Shown here: in pieces, positions 53,789-63,720 of the stretch
How the letters are laid out: every line of letters starts with the position of its first letter
How positions within the stretch are numbered: the first letter of the stretch is position 1
Assembly (NCBI GenBank): GCA_964473925.1
Contig: CAYYVW010000002.1
Span: 54,206 to 118,205 of the forward strand
Length of the DNA stretch: 64,000 nucleotides
Reading direction: 5' to 3'
From: an uncultured Verrucomicrobiaceae bacterium
GTDB taxonomy: Bacteria; Verrucomicrobiota; Verrucomicrobiia; Methylacidiphilales; CAYYVW01
Translations under genes and position numbers: made by a program
Notes under the pieces: model-generated
The model's input: the letters and a program-made list of their open reading frames with translations, nothing else
The model's database searches: none
What the model was told of the DNA's origin: nothing

Positions 53789-55063
53789 GTGTTTCGAGTG
53801 CGAATGATAAGCGCGGCAGCCGCGCTGCTACTGTTGGCGGCGGTGAGCGCGCAGGCCGACTGGGAGGTCGTGCAGCATCGTGGGGCCGATTACGTGACGC
53901 TGCGTTCTTTCTGTGATTTTTACGGCCTCGCACGCGCATCCGGAGAATCCAGCCGACGAGCGGTTTGCCAAAATGCCCAAGCGACGGTTACGTTTTCCCA
54001 AGACAGCCGCGAATGTTGGTACAACGGCAAGCGATACTGGCTGAGTCTGGGAACGGCGCAGACCGAGCAGGGGTGGCTGGTTTCGAAGACGGACGTCATC
54101 AAGCTGTTCGATCCGCTTCTGCGTCCGCACGCGATCGAGCCAAAAAAACCGGTGCAAGGCGTGGTGATTGATCCGGGCCACGGCGGCTCGGATAACGGCG
54201 CCATCAGCCGCGCACGCAAATACGAAAAAACCTACACGCTGGATACGGCCAAGCGGCTCGAAGCGGTGCTCAAGGCTGCCGGTATACGAACGGTGCTCAC
54301 GCGTCGGACCGATGTTTTTGTCGACTTATACGAACGAGCCAAGCGGGCCGCGCTCTATCCAGACTATATTTTTGTCAGTATCCATTACAATTCGGCGGAC
54401 GCGTCTGCGCGCGGGATTGAGACGTACGCCTGTTCGGCGAAGGGAACGCCGTCAACCTCCTCGGGGGAGCGGATCCGCCGGTCCGATTATCAGCGGCTGC
54501 CGGGCAATGCCAACGATGCGTATAACGCCTTGCTCGCCTCTGCCATTCATCGAGAGATTACGGGGCTCAATCCAAATGATGCCGAAGGAGATCGCGGGCT
54601 CAAGCGCGCGCGGTTCGTCGTGCTCAAACAATGCCAATTGCCCGGCGTGCTCGTGGAGGGCGGTTTTCTCTCCAACCGGCAGGAGGCGGCGCGCATCGAG
54701 ACGCCGGAATACCGGCAGGCGTTGGCCGAGTCGATCGCGCGTGGCATTTTGAAGTATTCCGCATGGATGAGCGGCAGCGCTTCGGCAGCAACCGCTTCGG
54801 CGATCTCCATTTCGGCGCCGGCACCCACACGGACACCAGCAGCTGCAGCTCCGCAAAAAACAGTGCTCGCCGCTCCAGCTGAACCCGAGCCGCCGACGGT
54901 CGTGTATCATCCGGAAGCCGCCGGCACCCCGGCCCCAGCTTTTCCGATAGCCCCGCGACCGGACACCGGCCTTGTTCAGGAGCCATCGCCTCCCATAGAA
55001 AATCCGCAAGCTGAAGAAGGAGCGGTGCTCATCTACGACGAGTCGGAGCCCGAAGAGCATTAA
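53789..55063 (+). CDS. N-acetylmuramoyl-L-alanine amidase (Amidase_3) with a Pro/Ala-rich tail
   Basis: Signal peptide; VVIDPGHGGSDNGA...FVSIHYNS...GIETY...RFVVLK...PGVLVEGGFLSN. GTG start at 53789, with an alternative ATG at 53804. Confidence 0.85.
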   Translation: MFRVRMISAAAALLLLAAVSAQADWEVVQHRGADYVTLRSFCDFYGLARASGESSRRAVCQNAQATVTFSQDSRECWYNGKRYWLSLGTAQTEQGWLVSKTDVIKLFDPLLRPHAIEPKKPVQGVVIDPGHGGSDNGAISRARKYEKTYTLDTAKRLEAVLKAAGIRTVLTRRTDVFVDLYERAKRAALYPDYIFVSIHYNSADASARGIETYACSAKGTPSTSSGERIRRSDYQRLPGNANDAYNALLASAIHREITGLNPNDAEGDRGLKRARFVVLKQCQLPGVLVEGGFLSNRQEAARIETPEYRQALAESIARGILKYSAWMSGSASAATASAISISAPAPTRTPAAAAPQKTVLAAPAEPEPPTVVYHPEAAGTPAPAFPIAPRPDTGLVQEPSPPIENPQAEEGAVLIYDESEPEEH

Positions 55064-55078
55064 GCGACCCAGGACGCG

Positions 55079-56077
55079 CTATAAGAAAAGGCGCGCGATC
55101 TGCACGTCTTGAATCGCCAGGCCCGTGAGGTCCGCGATTGAAATCGCATCGGCGGCGCGCTTGGGGCGGCGCGGCTCTTCCAGCAGACGGCCCATTTCAA
55201 CGAGCTGGTCTTCTTCCACAAAGCCTTCCTTGAGCGCGTAGCTGCTTTCGCCGTGGTCGCGGCATTGCGCGATTGAATCAACCACGCACAACGCGGCTTT
55301 GCTAAAGAGCGCCGGATCGAGCTCCTGCTTCCCGCTGCTATCGGCGCCGACAGCGGTGATGTGCGTGCCAGGCTGCACGTCTTCGCTTTGAAGCAGCGGC
55401 GTGTGAGAAGACGTGGCGGTGACAATCAAGTTGCAGCTCTTCGCGACCATGCGGACGTCCCGAGTTGTTTCGAGGCGAAATCCTTTGGGCTGCATATGCG
55501 CTTGGTACTTGGCCAGGCGCTCGGCACTGCGACCCCACACAATCACTTCGCGGCAGCGGACGGCATGACGCAAATAGTCCAACTGCAAACGCGCTTGAAT
55601 GCCGGTGCCGATAATCCCGATGCGCTCCACCTTGGCCGGCGCCATGTACTTAGCAGCGATGAGGCCCGCGATTGCGGTGCGGGTGTCGGTCAAATATCCT
55701 TGGTCAAGGAGGACAGCCTGCAGGACCCCTGTTTCGCGATCCATCGCCAGCATCAGTCCGTGACTGTTGGGCAGTCCGCGCGAGTTGTTGTCATGAAAGC
55801 CGGTCGCGACTTTAATGAGGAAGAAATTATCTCCTTCCAGATAGCCGCACTTCACGTGGCAGTCGCCCGTCGGCCGCTCGAAAGAAAGGTGCGTCACCGG
55901 AGGCGCTAACACGCGGCGCTGCGAGTAAGCGACAAAGGCCGTCTCCTGCGCGCGGACCATCACCTCAAACGCGTCTGGCTGCGCGAGGCGGGCTTTTATT
56001 TGCTCAAGAGAAATGACGCGCAGTTGCTGTTGACTGGGTTCCATGACGCGAGAAAGTGAAGCCGATGCGGCGGCCAT
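55079..56077 (-). CDS. Ornithine cyclodeaminase/mu-crystallin family protein
   Basis: ...RIGIIGTGIQARLQLDYL...IVTATSSHTPLL...GTHITAVGADSSGKQELD. Confidence 0.85.
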   Translation of the reverse strand: MAAASASLSRVMEPSQQQLRVISLEQIKARLAQPDAFEVMVRAQETAFVAYSQRRVLAPPVTHLSFERPTGDCHVKCGYLEGDNFFLIKVATGFHDNNSRGLPNSHGLMLAMDRETGVLQAVLLDQGYLTDTRTAIAGLIAAKYMAPAKVERIGIIGTGIQARLQLDYLRHAVRCREVIVWGRSAERLAKYQAHMQPKGFRLETTRDVRMVAKSCNLIVTATSSHTPLLQSEDVQPGTHITAVGADSSGKQELDPALFSKAALCVVDSIAQCRDHGESSYALKEGFVEEDQLVEMGRLLEEPRRPKRAADAISIADLTGLAIQDVQIARLFL

Positions 56078-56127
56078 GAATACTGACAGGCTGGGTGCCT
56101 TTTTACCAAGGTAAATTCATTAGAGCG

Positions 56128-57450
56128 CTAGGCCGCCGAAATCTTTTTTTGCAGATTGCGCAGGCCCTGAATAATCCCAGCCGCACGCTCCAGCTGTCGG
56201 TCTGCGGGCGGCGCGGCGGACTTGGCCTTCACCAGCGGCACACGGGCCAGAAAAAGCGCGCGCTCTTCTTGTTCGGTGATCGGCGCGATGATGTCGGGCG
56301 AAACACCGACCTCATGAATTTTTTGGTGCGAGGGCGTGTAATAATGCGCGGTCGTCAGCCGGAGGCCCACGCCGCCGCCCAAATCTTGCACCGATTGGAC
56401 GGAGCCTTTGCCAAACGTGGTCTCGCCTAAAAGAACTGCTCGACGCAAATCGCGCAGCGCCCCGGCGATAATCTCGGCACCGCTCGCGCTGTACGCATTG
56501 ACGAGGATCACGATCGGATACGCCGCCCGCTGTTGACTATTGTGGGAGTGGTACTGGTTGTTGTGCTCGGGCTTGCGGCCTTCGGTGGAGACGACGAGCT
56601 GGTTCGGCGGCAAAAATTCTCCGGCGATATCCACCGCCGCATCGAGCAACCCGCCCGGGTTGTTGCGTAGGTCCAACACCAGGCCGTCCATGCCCTTGTC
56701 GTCCAATTGATTCAAAGCCCGGTTAAATTCCGCCGCGGTATTTTCTCCGAGCTGCTCGATTCGAATGTAGCCGATGCGCGCGCTGCCGCTGAGCGCGGGA
56801 GGGAGCAGCTTGGCGTCGCGCACCGTCGCAACCTTGATGAGTTCGCGCACCAGCTTGACCTCAAACACCTGTCCTGCCGCGGAAGGATCTCCGGCTGCCG
56901 ACCGGCCGATCGTGAGCGTGACTGGCTCACCTCGTTCTCCGCGCAAGCGTTTGGTCGCTTCATGCAGCGGCATCGTTTCAGTGGTTTTGCCGTCGATTTT
57001 GAGAATCCGATCCCCGGGCAGCAACCCGGCGCGAAAGCCGGGCGTGTCTTCCATCGGCGCGCTGACGATGAGCTGGCCGCGCTGCGTTGTGACGACCAGC
57101 CCGACACCCGAAAATTCGCCTTTGGTTTCTTTCTGCAGCTCAGCGAGCGCCTCCTCGTCCAAGAACTGGCTGTGCGGATCCAGGTTTTCGAGCATGCCGC
57201 GAAGGCCCGCGTAAATGAGGCTGCGATATTCGGTCTTGGAAGGGTCGACATACTCTTGCCGGATCAGCTCCAGCACGCGAGTTGAAAGCCACGTTGCTTC
57301 GTATGCCTCTTCGCCTTTTTTGCTCTCTTGTTTACGCCCGGTGTTGGGACGGCCTTCAGCGCTGTGGGCGGCGATTGCAAAAAACAAAATCAGGCAGCAC
57401 GTCGCAACGCCCCATCCCGCTTTTTTGAACCAAGTGCGCATAAGATTCAT
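56128..57450 (-). CDS. ctp: Carboxy-terminal processing peptidase (S41, PDZ-containing)
   Basis: ...GVGLVV...GFRAGLLPGDRILKIDG (PDZ) ...LVLDLRNNPGGLL...VILVNAYSASGAEI...GETTFGKGSVQ. Confidence 0.9.
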   Translation of the reverse strand: MNLMRTWFKKAGWGVATCCLILFFAIAAHSAEGRPNTGRKQESKKGEEAYEATWLSTRVLELIRQEYVDPSKTEYRSLIYAGLRGMLENLDPHSQFLDEEALAELQKETKGEFSGVGLVVTTQRGQLIVSAPMEDTPGFRAGLLPGDRILKIDGKTTETMPLHEATKRLRGERGEPVTLTIGRSAAGDPSAAGQVFEVKLVRELIKVATVRDAKLLPPALSGSARIGYIRIEQLGENTAAEFNRALNQLDDKGMDGLVLDLRNNPGGLLDAAVDIAGEFLPPNQLVVSTEGRKPEHNNQYHSHNSQQRAAYPIVILVNAYSASGAEIIAGALRDLRRAVLLGETTFGKGSVQSVQDLGGGVGLRLTTAHYYTPSHQKIHEVGVSPDIIAPITEQEERALFLARVPLVKAKSAAPPADRQLERAAGIIQGLRNLQKKISAA

Positions 57451-57515
57451 GAGGAGGGAATAAGGCAGCTATAGCGCGGCGCAGGTAACGCGCCAAGCAA
57501 ATGTGCGGCAGCGCG

Positions 57516-58574
57516 TTACCCGCCTCCGCCGAGTTCTTGAATCAGATGCACGAGCGGCAGGAAGAGCGAGAGAACCACTCCGCCGACGATCACCCCCAAC
57601 AGCGCGCTGAGCACCGGCTCGACCAGACCCGTGAGCCGAGCGATCGTCGTTTCGACCTGTTGGTCGTACAGGTCCGCCGCGCGCAGCAGCATCTGCCCCA
57701 GTCGCCCAGTTTCTTCTCCGACCTGCACCAGACTGGAGACCATCGCCGGGAAGTGGCGGGATGCGGCCAACAGGCGTCCGAGCGGCTGCCCCTGCTGAAC
57801 TTGCTCCCGCAAATGCGCCAGTGCCCGCGCGAGCTTTGGATCACGGCCCATCGTTTGGGTGATTTCCAGCGCGGATAAGAGCGGCACGCCGGATTCGACG
57901 AGCGTTCCGAGCGTGCGCGTAATCTGTGCCAGTGCGATTTTTTCTGCGGCAGGCCCCACGAGCGGTATCCAGCGCGGAATTTGTTGCCCGCTCCATCGAG
58001 AGGCCAGCCACGTTCTTCCCAACCAAACGGCAACGATTCCTGCGGACAGGAGGCCCACCACCCAGATAGTTCGCTGCGTGATCCAGTCGCTGGCGCCCAG
58101 CACGGTTTGCGTGAGGAGAGGGAGCGGGCGATTTTCAAACGCGCCCAGCAGCAGGCTCTTAAATTCCGGAATAACCCAGACGAGTAAAAAAATAAAAATG
58201 AGCGCTGCGGCAATCAGTACAGCAGCGGGATAGAGCAGCGCGGTTACCACGCGTGCGCGGAGCCGCTCCATTCGCTCTTGAAAATCCGCGAGCCGCGCGA
58301 GAAGTTCCGGTAACGCTCCGCCCGCTTCTCCGGCGCGCACGAGCGAAACGTAGAGCGGGCCAAACGCGTCGGGCTGCGTTGCGAGCGCTTCGGAGAGCGC
58401 GTGCCCCGTCTGCACGAGCCCCGCGACGGAGGCAAGCCGCGCGCGGCGCTCCGGCATTTCTTCCTGCTCGACGAGTAGCTGCAAACTCCGCGCTAGCGGA
58501 ACCCCCGCGCCGACCAAGACCGCCAACTGGCGCGTGACCAGCGCCGGAATGCGCGCGCGGCTGGCAAATATCAT
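57516..58574 (-). CDS. gspF: GspF/PilC-family platform protein (two T2SSF domains, short N-terminus)
   Basis: ...LAVLVGAGVPLARSLQLL... and ...TRTLGTLVESGVPLLSALEIT. Its start overlaps the upstream stop as ATGA. Confidence 0.85.
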   Translation of the reverse strand: MIFASRARIPALVTRQLAVLVGAGVPLARSLQLLVEQEEMPERRARLASVAGLVQTGHALSEALATQPDAFGPLYVSLVRAGEAGGALPELLARLADFQERMERLRARVVTALLYPAAVLIAAALIFIFLLVWVIPEFKSLLLGAFENRPLPLLTQTVLGASDWITQRTIWVVGLLSAGIVAVWLGRTWLASRWSGQQIPRWIPLVGPAAEKIALAQITRTLGTLVESGVPLLSALEITQTMGRDPKLARALAHLREQVQQGQPLGRLLAASRHFPAMVSSLVQVGEETGRLGQMLLRAADLYDQQVETTIARLTGLVEPVLSALLGVIVGGVVLSLFLPLVHLIQELGGGG

Positions 58575-59791
58575 GCCACGGCTCCCAGCACTTCCTCCGC
58601 CGTCGTTTCACCAGCGAGCACACGCTGGCGGCCGCTGGACCGGAGAGAATCAAACCCGCATGCTTGCGCCGCCCGGCGCAACTCCACCGCGGGCGCGCGC
58701 TCGTGGATCAGCGCGTGCAAGGCCGGCGTGATTGGCCAGAGCTCCACCAGCGGCAAGCGTCCGCGGTAACCGGTGCCATGGCAATCATCGCAGCCGATTC
58801 CTTTGTGGAAATGCACGGCCGGCATCCCCGGCGCATCGAATCCGAATTCTTTCAGCAATTCCGGGGACGGCGCGAACGCGTGCCGGCAGGACGGACAAAT
58901 CCGCCGCACGAGCCGTTGCACGACCACGCCGGTGAGCGTCGCGCAGAGCAAGTACGGCTCAATCCCCAAATCAAGCAGTCGTGCGATCGCCCCGGCGCCA
59001 TCATGCGTGTGCAATGTGGTGAGGACGAGATGCCCCGTGAGCGCCGCCTGCACCGCCATCTGTGTCGTTTCGGCGTCGCGCATCTCGCCGACCATCAACA
59101 CGTCTGGGTCGTGTCGCAGGAGAGATCGCAGTGCCTGCGCAAAGCCCAGGCCGATCGCTTCCTCCACTTGCACCTGCACCGCGCCGGGCAGCTCGTATTC
59201 GACCGGGTCTTCCACCGTGACGATTTTTGCGCCGGGCCGGTTGAGCGTCTGCAAGTACGCATAGAGCGTCGTCGTTTTGCCAGAGCCGGTCGGTCCGGTC
59301 ACGACGACCAGCCCATGCGGCCGCTGCGTCCATTTTTCCAGCTGCTCCCGCACCGCGATGGGCAGGCCCAGCGCTTCTGGATCCAGCGCGACCGCCGTTT
59401 GATCGAGCACTCGCAACACGGCGCTCTCGCCCCATTGCGTCGGCAGCGTGCTGAGGCGCAAGTCGACCGTGCGTCCTTCCGCGGTGAAAGAGAAGCGACC
59501 ATCCTGCGGCGCGCGTTGCTCGGCGATATCCAATCGCGCGAGGACCTTTAAACGCGTTGCGATCGTTTTGCCCAGGAACGCGGGCGCAGGCGCCATCTCA
59601 TGCAGGGCTCCGTCGACGCGGTAGCGAATTTTCAGCTCATGCTCAAACGGTTCGAAATGAATGTCGCTGGCCCGTGCACGGACCGCTTGCGTCAGCACCG
59701 CCTCGACCAGCTCCACCAGCGGCGTTCCGGTTTGAGTCGGCGCGTGTTTGCGCCGGGCATCCTTGGGCGCCTTAATGCGGATCCCCTTCAT
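58571..59791 (-). CDS. gspE: GspE/PilB-family secretion ATPase, paralog 1 (no N-terminal N1E/GSPII domain)
   Basis: Walker A VTGPTGSGKTTTL, Walker B VLMVGEMRD, His box TGHLVLTTLHT, and tetracysteine CPSC...CDDC. Confidence 0.9.
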   Translation of the reverse strand: MKGIRIKAPKDARRKHAPTQTGTPLVELVEAVLTQAVRARASDIHFEPFEHELKIRYRVDGALHEMAPAPAFLGKTIATRLKVLARLDIAEQRAPQDGRFSFTAEGRTVDLRLSTLPTQWGESAVLRVLDQTAVALDPEALGLPIAVREQLEKWTQRPHGLVVVTGPTGSGKTTTLYAYLQTLNRPGAKIVTVEDPVEYELPGAVQVQVEEAIGLGFAQALRSLLRHDPDVLMVGEMRDAETTQMAVQAALTGHLVLTTLHTHDGAGAIARLLDLGIEPYLLCATLTGVVVQRLVRRICPSCRHAFAPSPELLKEFGFDAPGMPAVHFHKGIGCDDCHGTGYRGRLPLVELWPITPALHALIHERAPAVELRRAAQACGFDSLRSSGRQRVLAGETTAEEVLGAVA

Positions 59792-60996
59792 GCCGGTTCC
59801 TCCATCGTCGCGCGGAGCACTTCCAGCGGCGTCGTCAATCCTGCGAGCGCTTTGAGCGCACCATCCTCCCGCAGCGTCCGCATGCCACAGGCACGTGCGT
59901 GGGAGCGCACCGCCGCCGGGCCAATGCCGGTATGAACGTGCTGTCGCACGGTTTCATCTAGCCGCCACAATTCAAACAGGCCGAGTCGGCCGGAAAATCC
60001 GCTGCCCCGGCACTGCGCGCATCCGGCCGGTCGCCGCCACGTTGAGGAGGAGGCAACCTCGTGCGGCAACCCGAGCGCGGCGAGCTCTTGCGCGGACGGG
60101 CGATACTTCGCGCCGCACGCCGGGCAAAGTTGTCGTACGAGCCGCTGGCCCAGCACTCCGCGCAGGGAAGAGGCAACCAAGTACGCGGGCACGCCCAGAT
60201 CGACGAGTCGCAGCGCGGCGCTCGTCGCGTCGTTGGTGTGTAGTGTGGAAAGAATGAGGTGCCCCGTCAGCGCGGCTTGCACGGCGATGCGCGCCGTCTC
60301 GCGATCCCGGATTTCACCCACCATAATAATATTAGGAGCTTGCCGCAGCATGGCTCGTAGCGCGCTGGCAAAGGAGAGGCCCGCCGCCTCGTGCACCTGC
60401 GCCTGGTTCACGCCCGCGAGTTGATACTCCACCGGATCCTCGACTGTCAGAATCTTGCGGCTGGAAGAATTGAGCGCCTGCAAGCATGCATATAACGTCG
60501 TCGTTTTTCCCGCTCCCGTCGGACCGGTTACCAGCAGCAGGCCGTCGGGCAGCGCCAGCAGTTCTTCCAGCGCCTGCCGGTCCTGCGCGCGCAAACCCAG
60601 TTGCGAAAGCCCCGGCGCTCCCGCCGCAGGATCGAGCAATCGGAGGGCGACGCTCGGCCCATGCCGTGCCGGCACCACCGACACACGAACGTGCAACGGC
60701 TTGCCGTTTTCCAGCTCGAGGAGAATCCGTCCGTCCTGCGGTAGGCGTTGTTGCGCGATATCCAGATGCGCAAGAATCTTGATGCGGTTGATGATCGCCG
60801 CCGGATCGAGCTCGTCCGGCCCCGGACGAAATTCCAGCACGCCGTCGATCCGCCGCCGCACCACGAGCCCGCGTGCGGTTGATTCCAGATGAAGATCGCT
60901 GGCCCGTTGCTCGTGCGCCTCTTCGATCAGCCGCTGCACCCATCGAATGACCGGGGCTTCTGAGGCGGTGTGGCGCGGCGCGGTGAGCGAAGGCAT
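59788..60996 (-). CDS. gspE: GspE/PilB-family secretion ATPase, paralog 2
   Basis: Walker A VTGPTGAGKTTTL, IIMVGEIRD, TGHLILSTLHT, and CPAC...CAQC. ATGA overlap with paralog 1. Confidence 0.9.
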   Translation of the reverse strand: MPSLTAPRHTASEAPVIRWVQRLIEEAHEQRASDLHLESTARGLVVRRRIDGVLEFRPGPDELDPAAIINRIKILAHLDIAQQRLPQDGRILLELENGKPLHVRVSVVPARHGPSVALRLLDPAAGAPGLSQLGLRAQDRQALEELLALPDGLLLVTGPTGAGKTTTLYACLQALNSSSRKILTVEDPVEYQLAGVNQAQVHEAAGLSFASALRAMLRQAPNIIMVGEIRDRETARIAVQAALTGHLILSTLHTNDATSAALRLVDLGVPAYLVASSLRGVLGQRLVRQLCPACGAKYRPSAQELAALGLPHEVASSSTWRRPAGCAQCRGSGFSGRLGLFELWRLDETVRQHVHTGIGPAAVRSHARACGMRTLREDGALKALAGLTTPLEVLRATMEEPA

Positions 60997-61005
60997 AGGA
61001 AAATT

Positions 61006-61797
61006 CTAAATAGGCACAATCAGCTGCATCCCATCATACGCAACCTCGATGCCCGCGGGCAGCTCGGAAGATCGCTGGCTGTGCGTTTTTTGATGCGTCA
61101 AATGAGTGAGGAACGTGCGGCCCGCGCCAATCGTGCGAGTGGCCTCGATCGCTTCCGGGATCGATTGATGTGTCGGGTGCACTTCATCGCGCAGGCCGTC
61201 GAGGATGAGGATCGGAATGCCCGCTAGCTGCGCGCGCACCGCTTGCGGAATCTCTTTGGCATCACAAAAATATCCCAGCAGCGGACGACCCGCCTGCGCA
61301 AAAAGATAGCCGACCGTCTGCACATCTGCGTGCGGCACTTCCAGCGGCGTGATCGTCAACCCGCCCAGTTCCAGTGGCGCGCCGGGCGTCAGCTCGTGCG
61401 GCGTCACGCGCACATAGCCAGTCCCCTCGGGCGCATCAAAGGCCCAGTAAAAATTCCGGCGCAGCGCGGCGAGTGTCTGCCCGCACGCGTAGATCGGTAG
61501 CGCCGTTTTTTGCACTGCGCAAAATTGCCGCAGATCATCGAACCCCGCGATGTGGTCGGCATGCTCGTGGGTGAAGAGAACGGCGTCCACGCGCGTCAGC
61601 CGCTCCCGCAGTGCCTGCTGCCGCAGCTCGGGCGACGTATCGACCAGAATCCGCGTGCCGTCCGGCGTCGTCATATAAAGCGAGCAGCGCGTCCGCGAGT
61701 CGCGCGGGTCGGGGGAGCGGCAGACCGCGCAGTCGCACGCCACCATCGGCACGCCCTGCGACGTGCCGCAGCCCAAAATGGTCGCCTCCAGTTGCAC
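61006..61797 (-). CDS. MBL-fold metallo-hydrolase (PhnP-like)
   Basis: ILGCGTSQGVP...C.C..C...VLFTHEHADHIAG (HxHxDH). It ends 9 nt before the first gspE start. Confidence 0.8.
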   Translation of the reverse strand: MQLEATILGCGTSQGVPMVACDCAVCRSPDPRDSRTRCSLYMTTPDGTRILVDTSPELRQQALRERLTRVDAVLFTHEHADHIAGFDDLRQFCAVQKTALPIYACGQTLAALRRNFYWAFDAPEGTGYVRVTPHELTPGAPLELGGLTITPLEVPHADVQTVGYLFAQAGRPLLGYFCDAKEIPQAVRAQLAGIPILILDGLRDEVHPTHQSIPEAIEATRTIGAGRTFLTHLTHQKTHSQRSSELPAGIEVAYDGMQLIVPI

Positions 61798-61834
61798 TCG
61801 AATGGTCTACGCTCCGCTTGCTCGGGGCGCAACT

Positions 61835-62602
61835 CTACTTGCGTGGGCGCTCATGCATCCCAGGAGGTTTTTCCCACCGCCGCCGGATTCCAAATAAAGA
61901 TTGCGCGGCCAGCCACGCCGTTCGCCACGCCGCCTCAAACGCGATCGCGCCCGACATCTTCGAGTCGCCCGACTGCCGCCCTTCGAACGTGATTGGGTGT
62001 TCCGCCATCGGCACGCCCTGCCGCCAGAGGCTGTGGGTAATCTCAATCTGAAAGGCGTAGCCGTTGGCGCGAATCTTCGGCCAGTCGATCTTCTCTAGTG
62101 CCGAGCGGCGGAAGCACTTGTATCCGCCCGTCGGATCCGAGAGCGGCATCCCAGTCAGCAGCCGCACGTATTGCGCCGCGGCCAAACTCAGCAGGAGCCG
62201 CGCGATCGGCCAATTCACCACGCGCACGCCGCCCGAGAAACGCGAGCCAATCACCGCTTCCACCGCATCCAATCGCTCGAGCATCTTCGGGATCTCCACC
62301 GGATCGTGCGACAAGTCCGCGTCCATCTGCACGATTTGCGCGTAGGGCCGCTCCAGCGCCCAGCGAAAGCCCGCCGCGTACGCCGTTCCCAGCCCCTGCT
62401 TGCCGGGCCGCGCGATCAGGTGGAGCGTCTTGCCAAAGCCCGGCTGCGCGCGGACCCACGCCGGCGTTCCGTCGCCCGAGGCGTCGTCCACGATCAGCAC
62501 GTGCGCACGCTCGCGCACCGCATGCAGGCGGCGGAGGAACTCGGGCAAATTTTCCCGCTCGTGGTAAGTCGGGACGATGACCAGGAGAGAATCGTGTTGC
62601 AT
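61835..62602 (-). CDS. GT2 polyprenol-phosphate mannosyltransferase (Dpm1-like)
   Basis: LLVIVPTYHERENL...VLIVDDASGDGT...GLGTAYAAGF...VQMDADLSHDP. Confidence 0.85.
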   Translation of the reverse strand: MQHDSLLVIVPTYHERENLPEFLRRLHAVRERAHVLIVDDASGDGTPAWVRAQPGFGKTLHLIARPGKQGLGTAYAAGFRWALERPYAQIVQMDADLSHDPVEIPKMLERLDAVEAVIGSRFSGGVRVVNWPIARLLLSLAAAQYVRLLTGMPLSDPTGGYKCFRRSALEKIDWPKIRANGYAFQIEITHSLWRQGVPMAEHPITFEGRQSGDSKMSGAIAFEAAWRTAWLAAQSLFGIRRRWEKPPGMHERPRK

Positions 62603-62804
62603 GGGCGGCGCGCGCTAATCCAACGCGCGAGGGGGTTCTGCCGCTCACGCTACCAAAGCTGGGCGGGCCAGGGCGCGCTTTTTTCTTCTCCACGAATGCT
62701 GGCTCAGCGCGCGGGTATGCGTTTGACAACCGCCCCCTACCTCGAGAAAGATACGCCCCGCGCGCGCTTCCCGAGAAATCCCGCTAGCGCCGCAATCTAA
62801 AAAC

Positions 62805-62875
62805 TACCCGATGGTGTAACGGTAACACAGCGCCCTTTGGAGGCGTTATTCATGGTTCGAATCCATGTCGGGTAA
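62805..62875 (+). tRNA. tRNA-Gln (anticodon TTG)
   Basis: Hand-folded: acceptor tacccga/tcgggta, anticodon arm gcgcc-ct-TTG-ga-ggcgt, T arm catgg-ttcgaat-ccatg. Confidence 0.85.
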
Positions 62876-62893
62876 ATAGAGCGCGCTATATGT

Positions 62894-63286
62894 TTAGCGC
62901 TGTCGCTCTCTCTCAGCGAGACGCTGCTCGCACGCCGCCATGCATTGCTGCTGTTCCGCTTGAGTTGCGACTACCGAGCCGGTGCGTGTGCACGATCCTA
63001 CGGCTGCACAGATTTCCGTCCGCTCGCGTTTTGCTGCGCCCTTATGCGTTTCGTTCAGCTGCCATACGCCAAATCCTGCTACCGAAACGCCCGCCGCCAA
63101 CGTTGCCCAGCGGGTTGCTTTTCTTAGCTGAGCTAATCTCGGATGCGCTTCGCTCCAGTGTTTGTCCAACTTGGCGGTCGCCTCATTTTTCCATGCAGGC
63201 CGCAAGGTCAACTCTCTCAAGGCAGGACCGGTAAGCCACTCCGTAAAAGGAGGACGATATTCAGCAGGATTCACATATTCATTCAT
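62894..63286 (-). CDS. Hypothetical small membrane-anchored Cys-containing protein (paralog A)
   Basis: 130 aa with the central hydrophobic segment WATLAAGVSVAGFGVW and a C-terminal Cys/Gln-rich region. It is similar to the next ORF. Confidence 0.5.
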   Translation of the reverse strand: MNEYVNPAEYRPPFTEWLTGPALRELTLRPAWKNEATAKLDKHWSEAHPRLAQLRKATRWATLAAGVSVAGFGVWQLNETHKGAAKRERTEICAAVGSCTRTGSVVATQAEQQQCMAACEQRLAERERQR

Positions 63287-63333
63287 ATTTTCTTCTTATG
63301 CCGGCGCTTTCGGTTGCCGCCCATCCGGGCTCG

Positions 63334-63624
63334 TCAGGGCGTAGGGCAAGGGCAGTGACGCTGTGCTTGCTGTGCCGCCAGAAGCTGTTCGCAATCGGTT
63401 GCGGCAGGAACCGCTGAGCCTGTGCGAAGTGAGCTTGTTGCGACAGATTGCTTAGGTACGGAGGACTGAGAAGGGCCGCGGAGACCGAGCCACATTGTTC
63501 CTGTGAATGCCAGCGCTACAAGGAAAGGTCCCGCAATTTGGTCTAGAGCGCCCCGGACTGGGTGCGCCTTAAGCCAGGCTTCATGCCGCATCTGTTCTAC
63601 ATATTCGCCACGGGAGCTTGTCAT
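63334..63624 (-). CDS. Hypothetical small membrane-anchored Cys-containing protein (paralog B)
   Basis: The track ORF extends to 63735, but that would overlap tRNA-Arg. The ATG at 63624 (MTSSRGEYVEQ...) aligns with the MNEYVNP start of paralog A. Shared features: HP after an acidic/aromatic stretch, a TM segment, RTGS.V, and a C-terminal CEQ.L. Confidence 0.45.
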   Translation of the reverse strand: MTSSRGEYVEQMRHEAWLKAHPVRGALDQIAGPFLVALAFTGTMWLGLRGPSQSSVPKQSVATSSLRTGSAVPAATDCEQLLAAQQAQRHCPCPTP

Positions 63625-63720
63625 AACAAACCTCGTACCGCACCAAAGGCATCTCGTCCAACCACTTTTTACTTGCTGGAGCGTCCGGCCCAGGGTTGTG
63701 TGTGTGGTCTTCCTGTCAAA

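Noticed and set aside
53720-53790. Possible sigma54 promoter (TGGCAG...TTGC) and duplicated TTGACTTG motifs upstream of the amidase gene
   Set aside because: The GG-to-GC spacing is 15 or 9 nt, not the required 12. The duplicated TTGACTTG alone is not interpretable.
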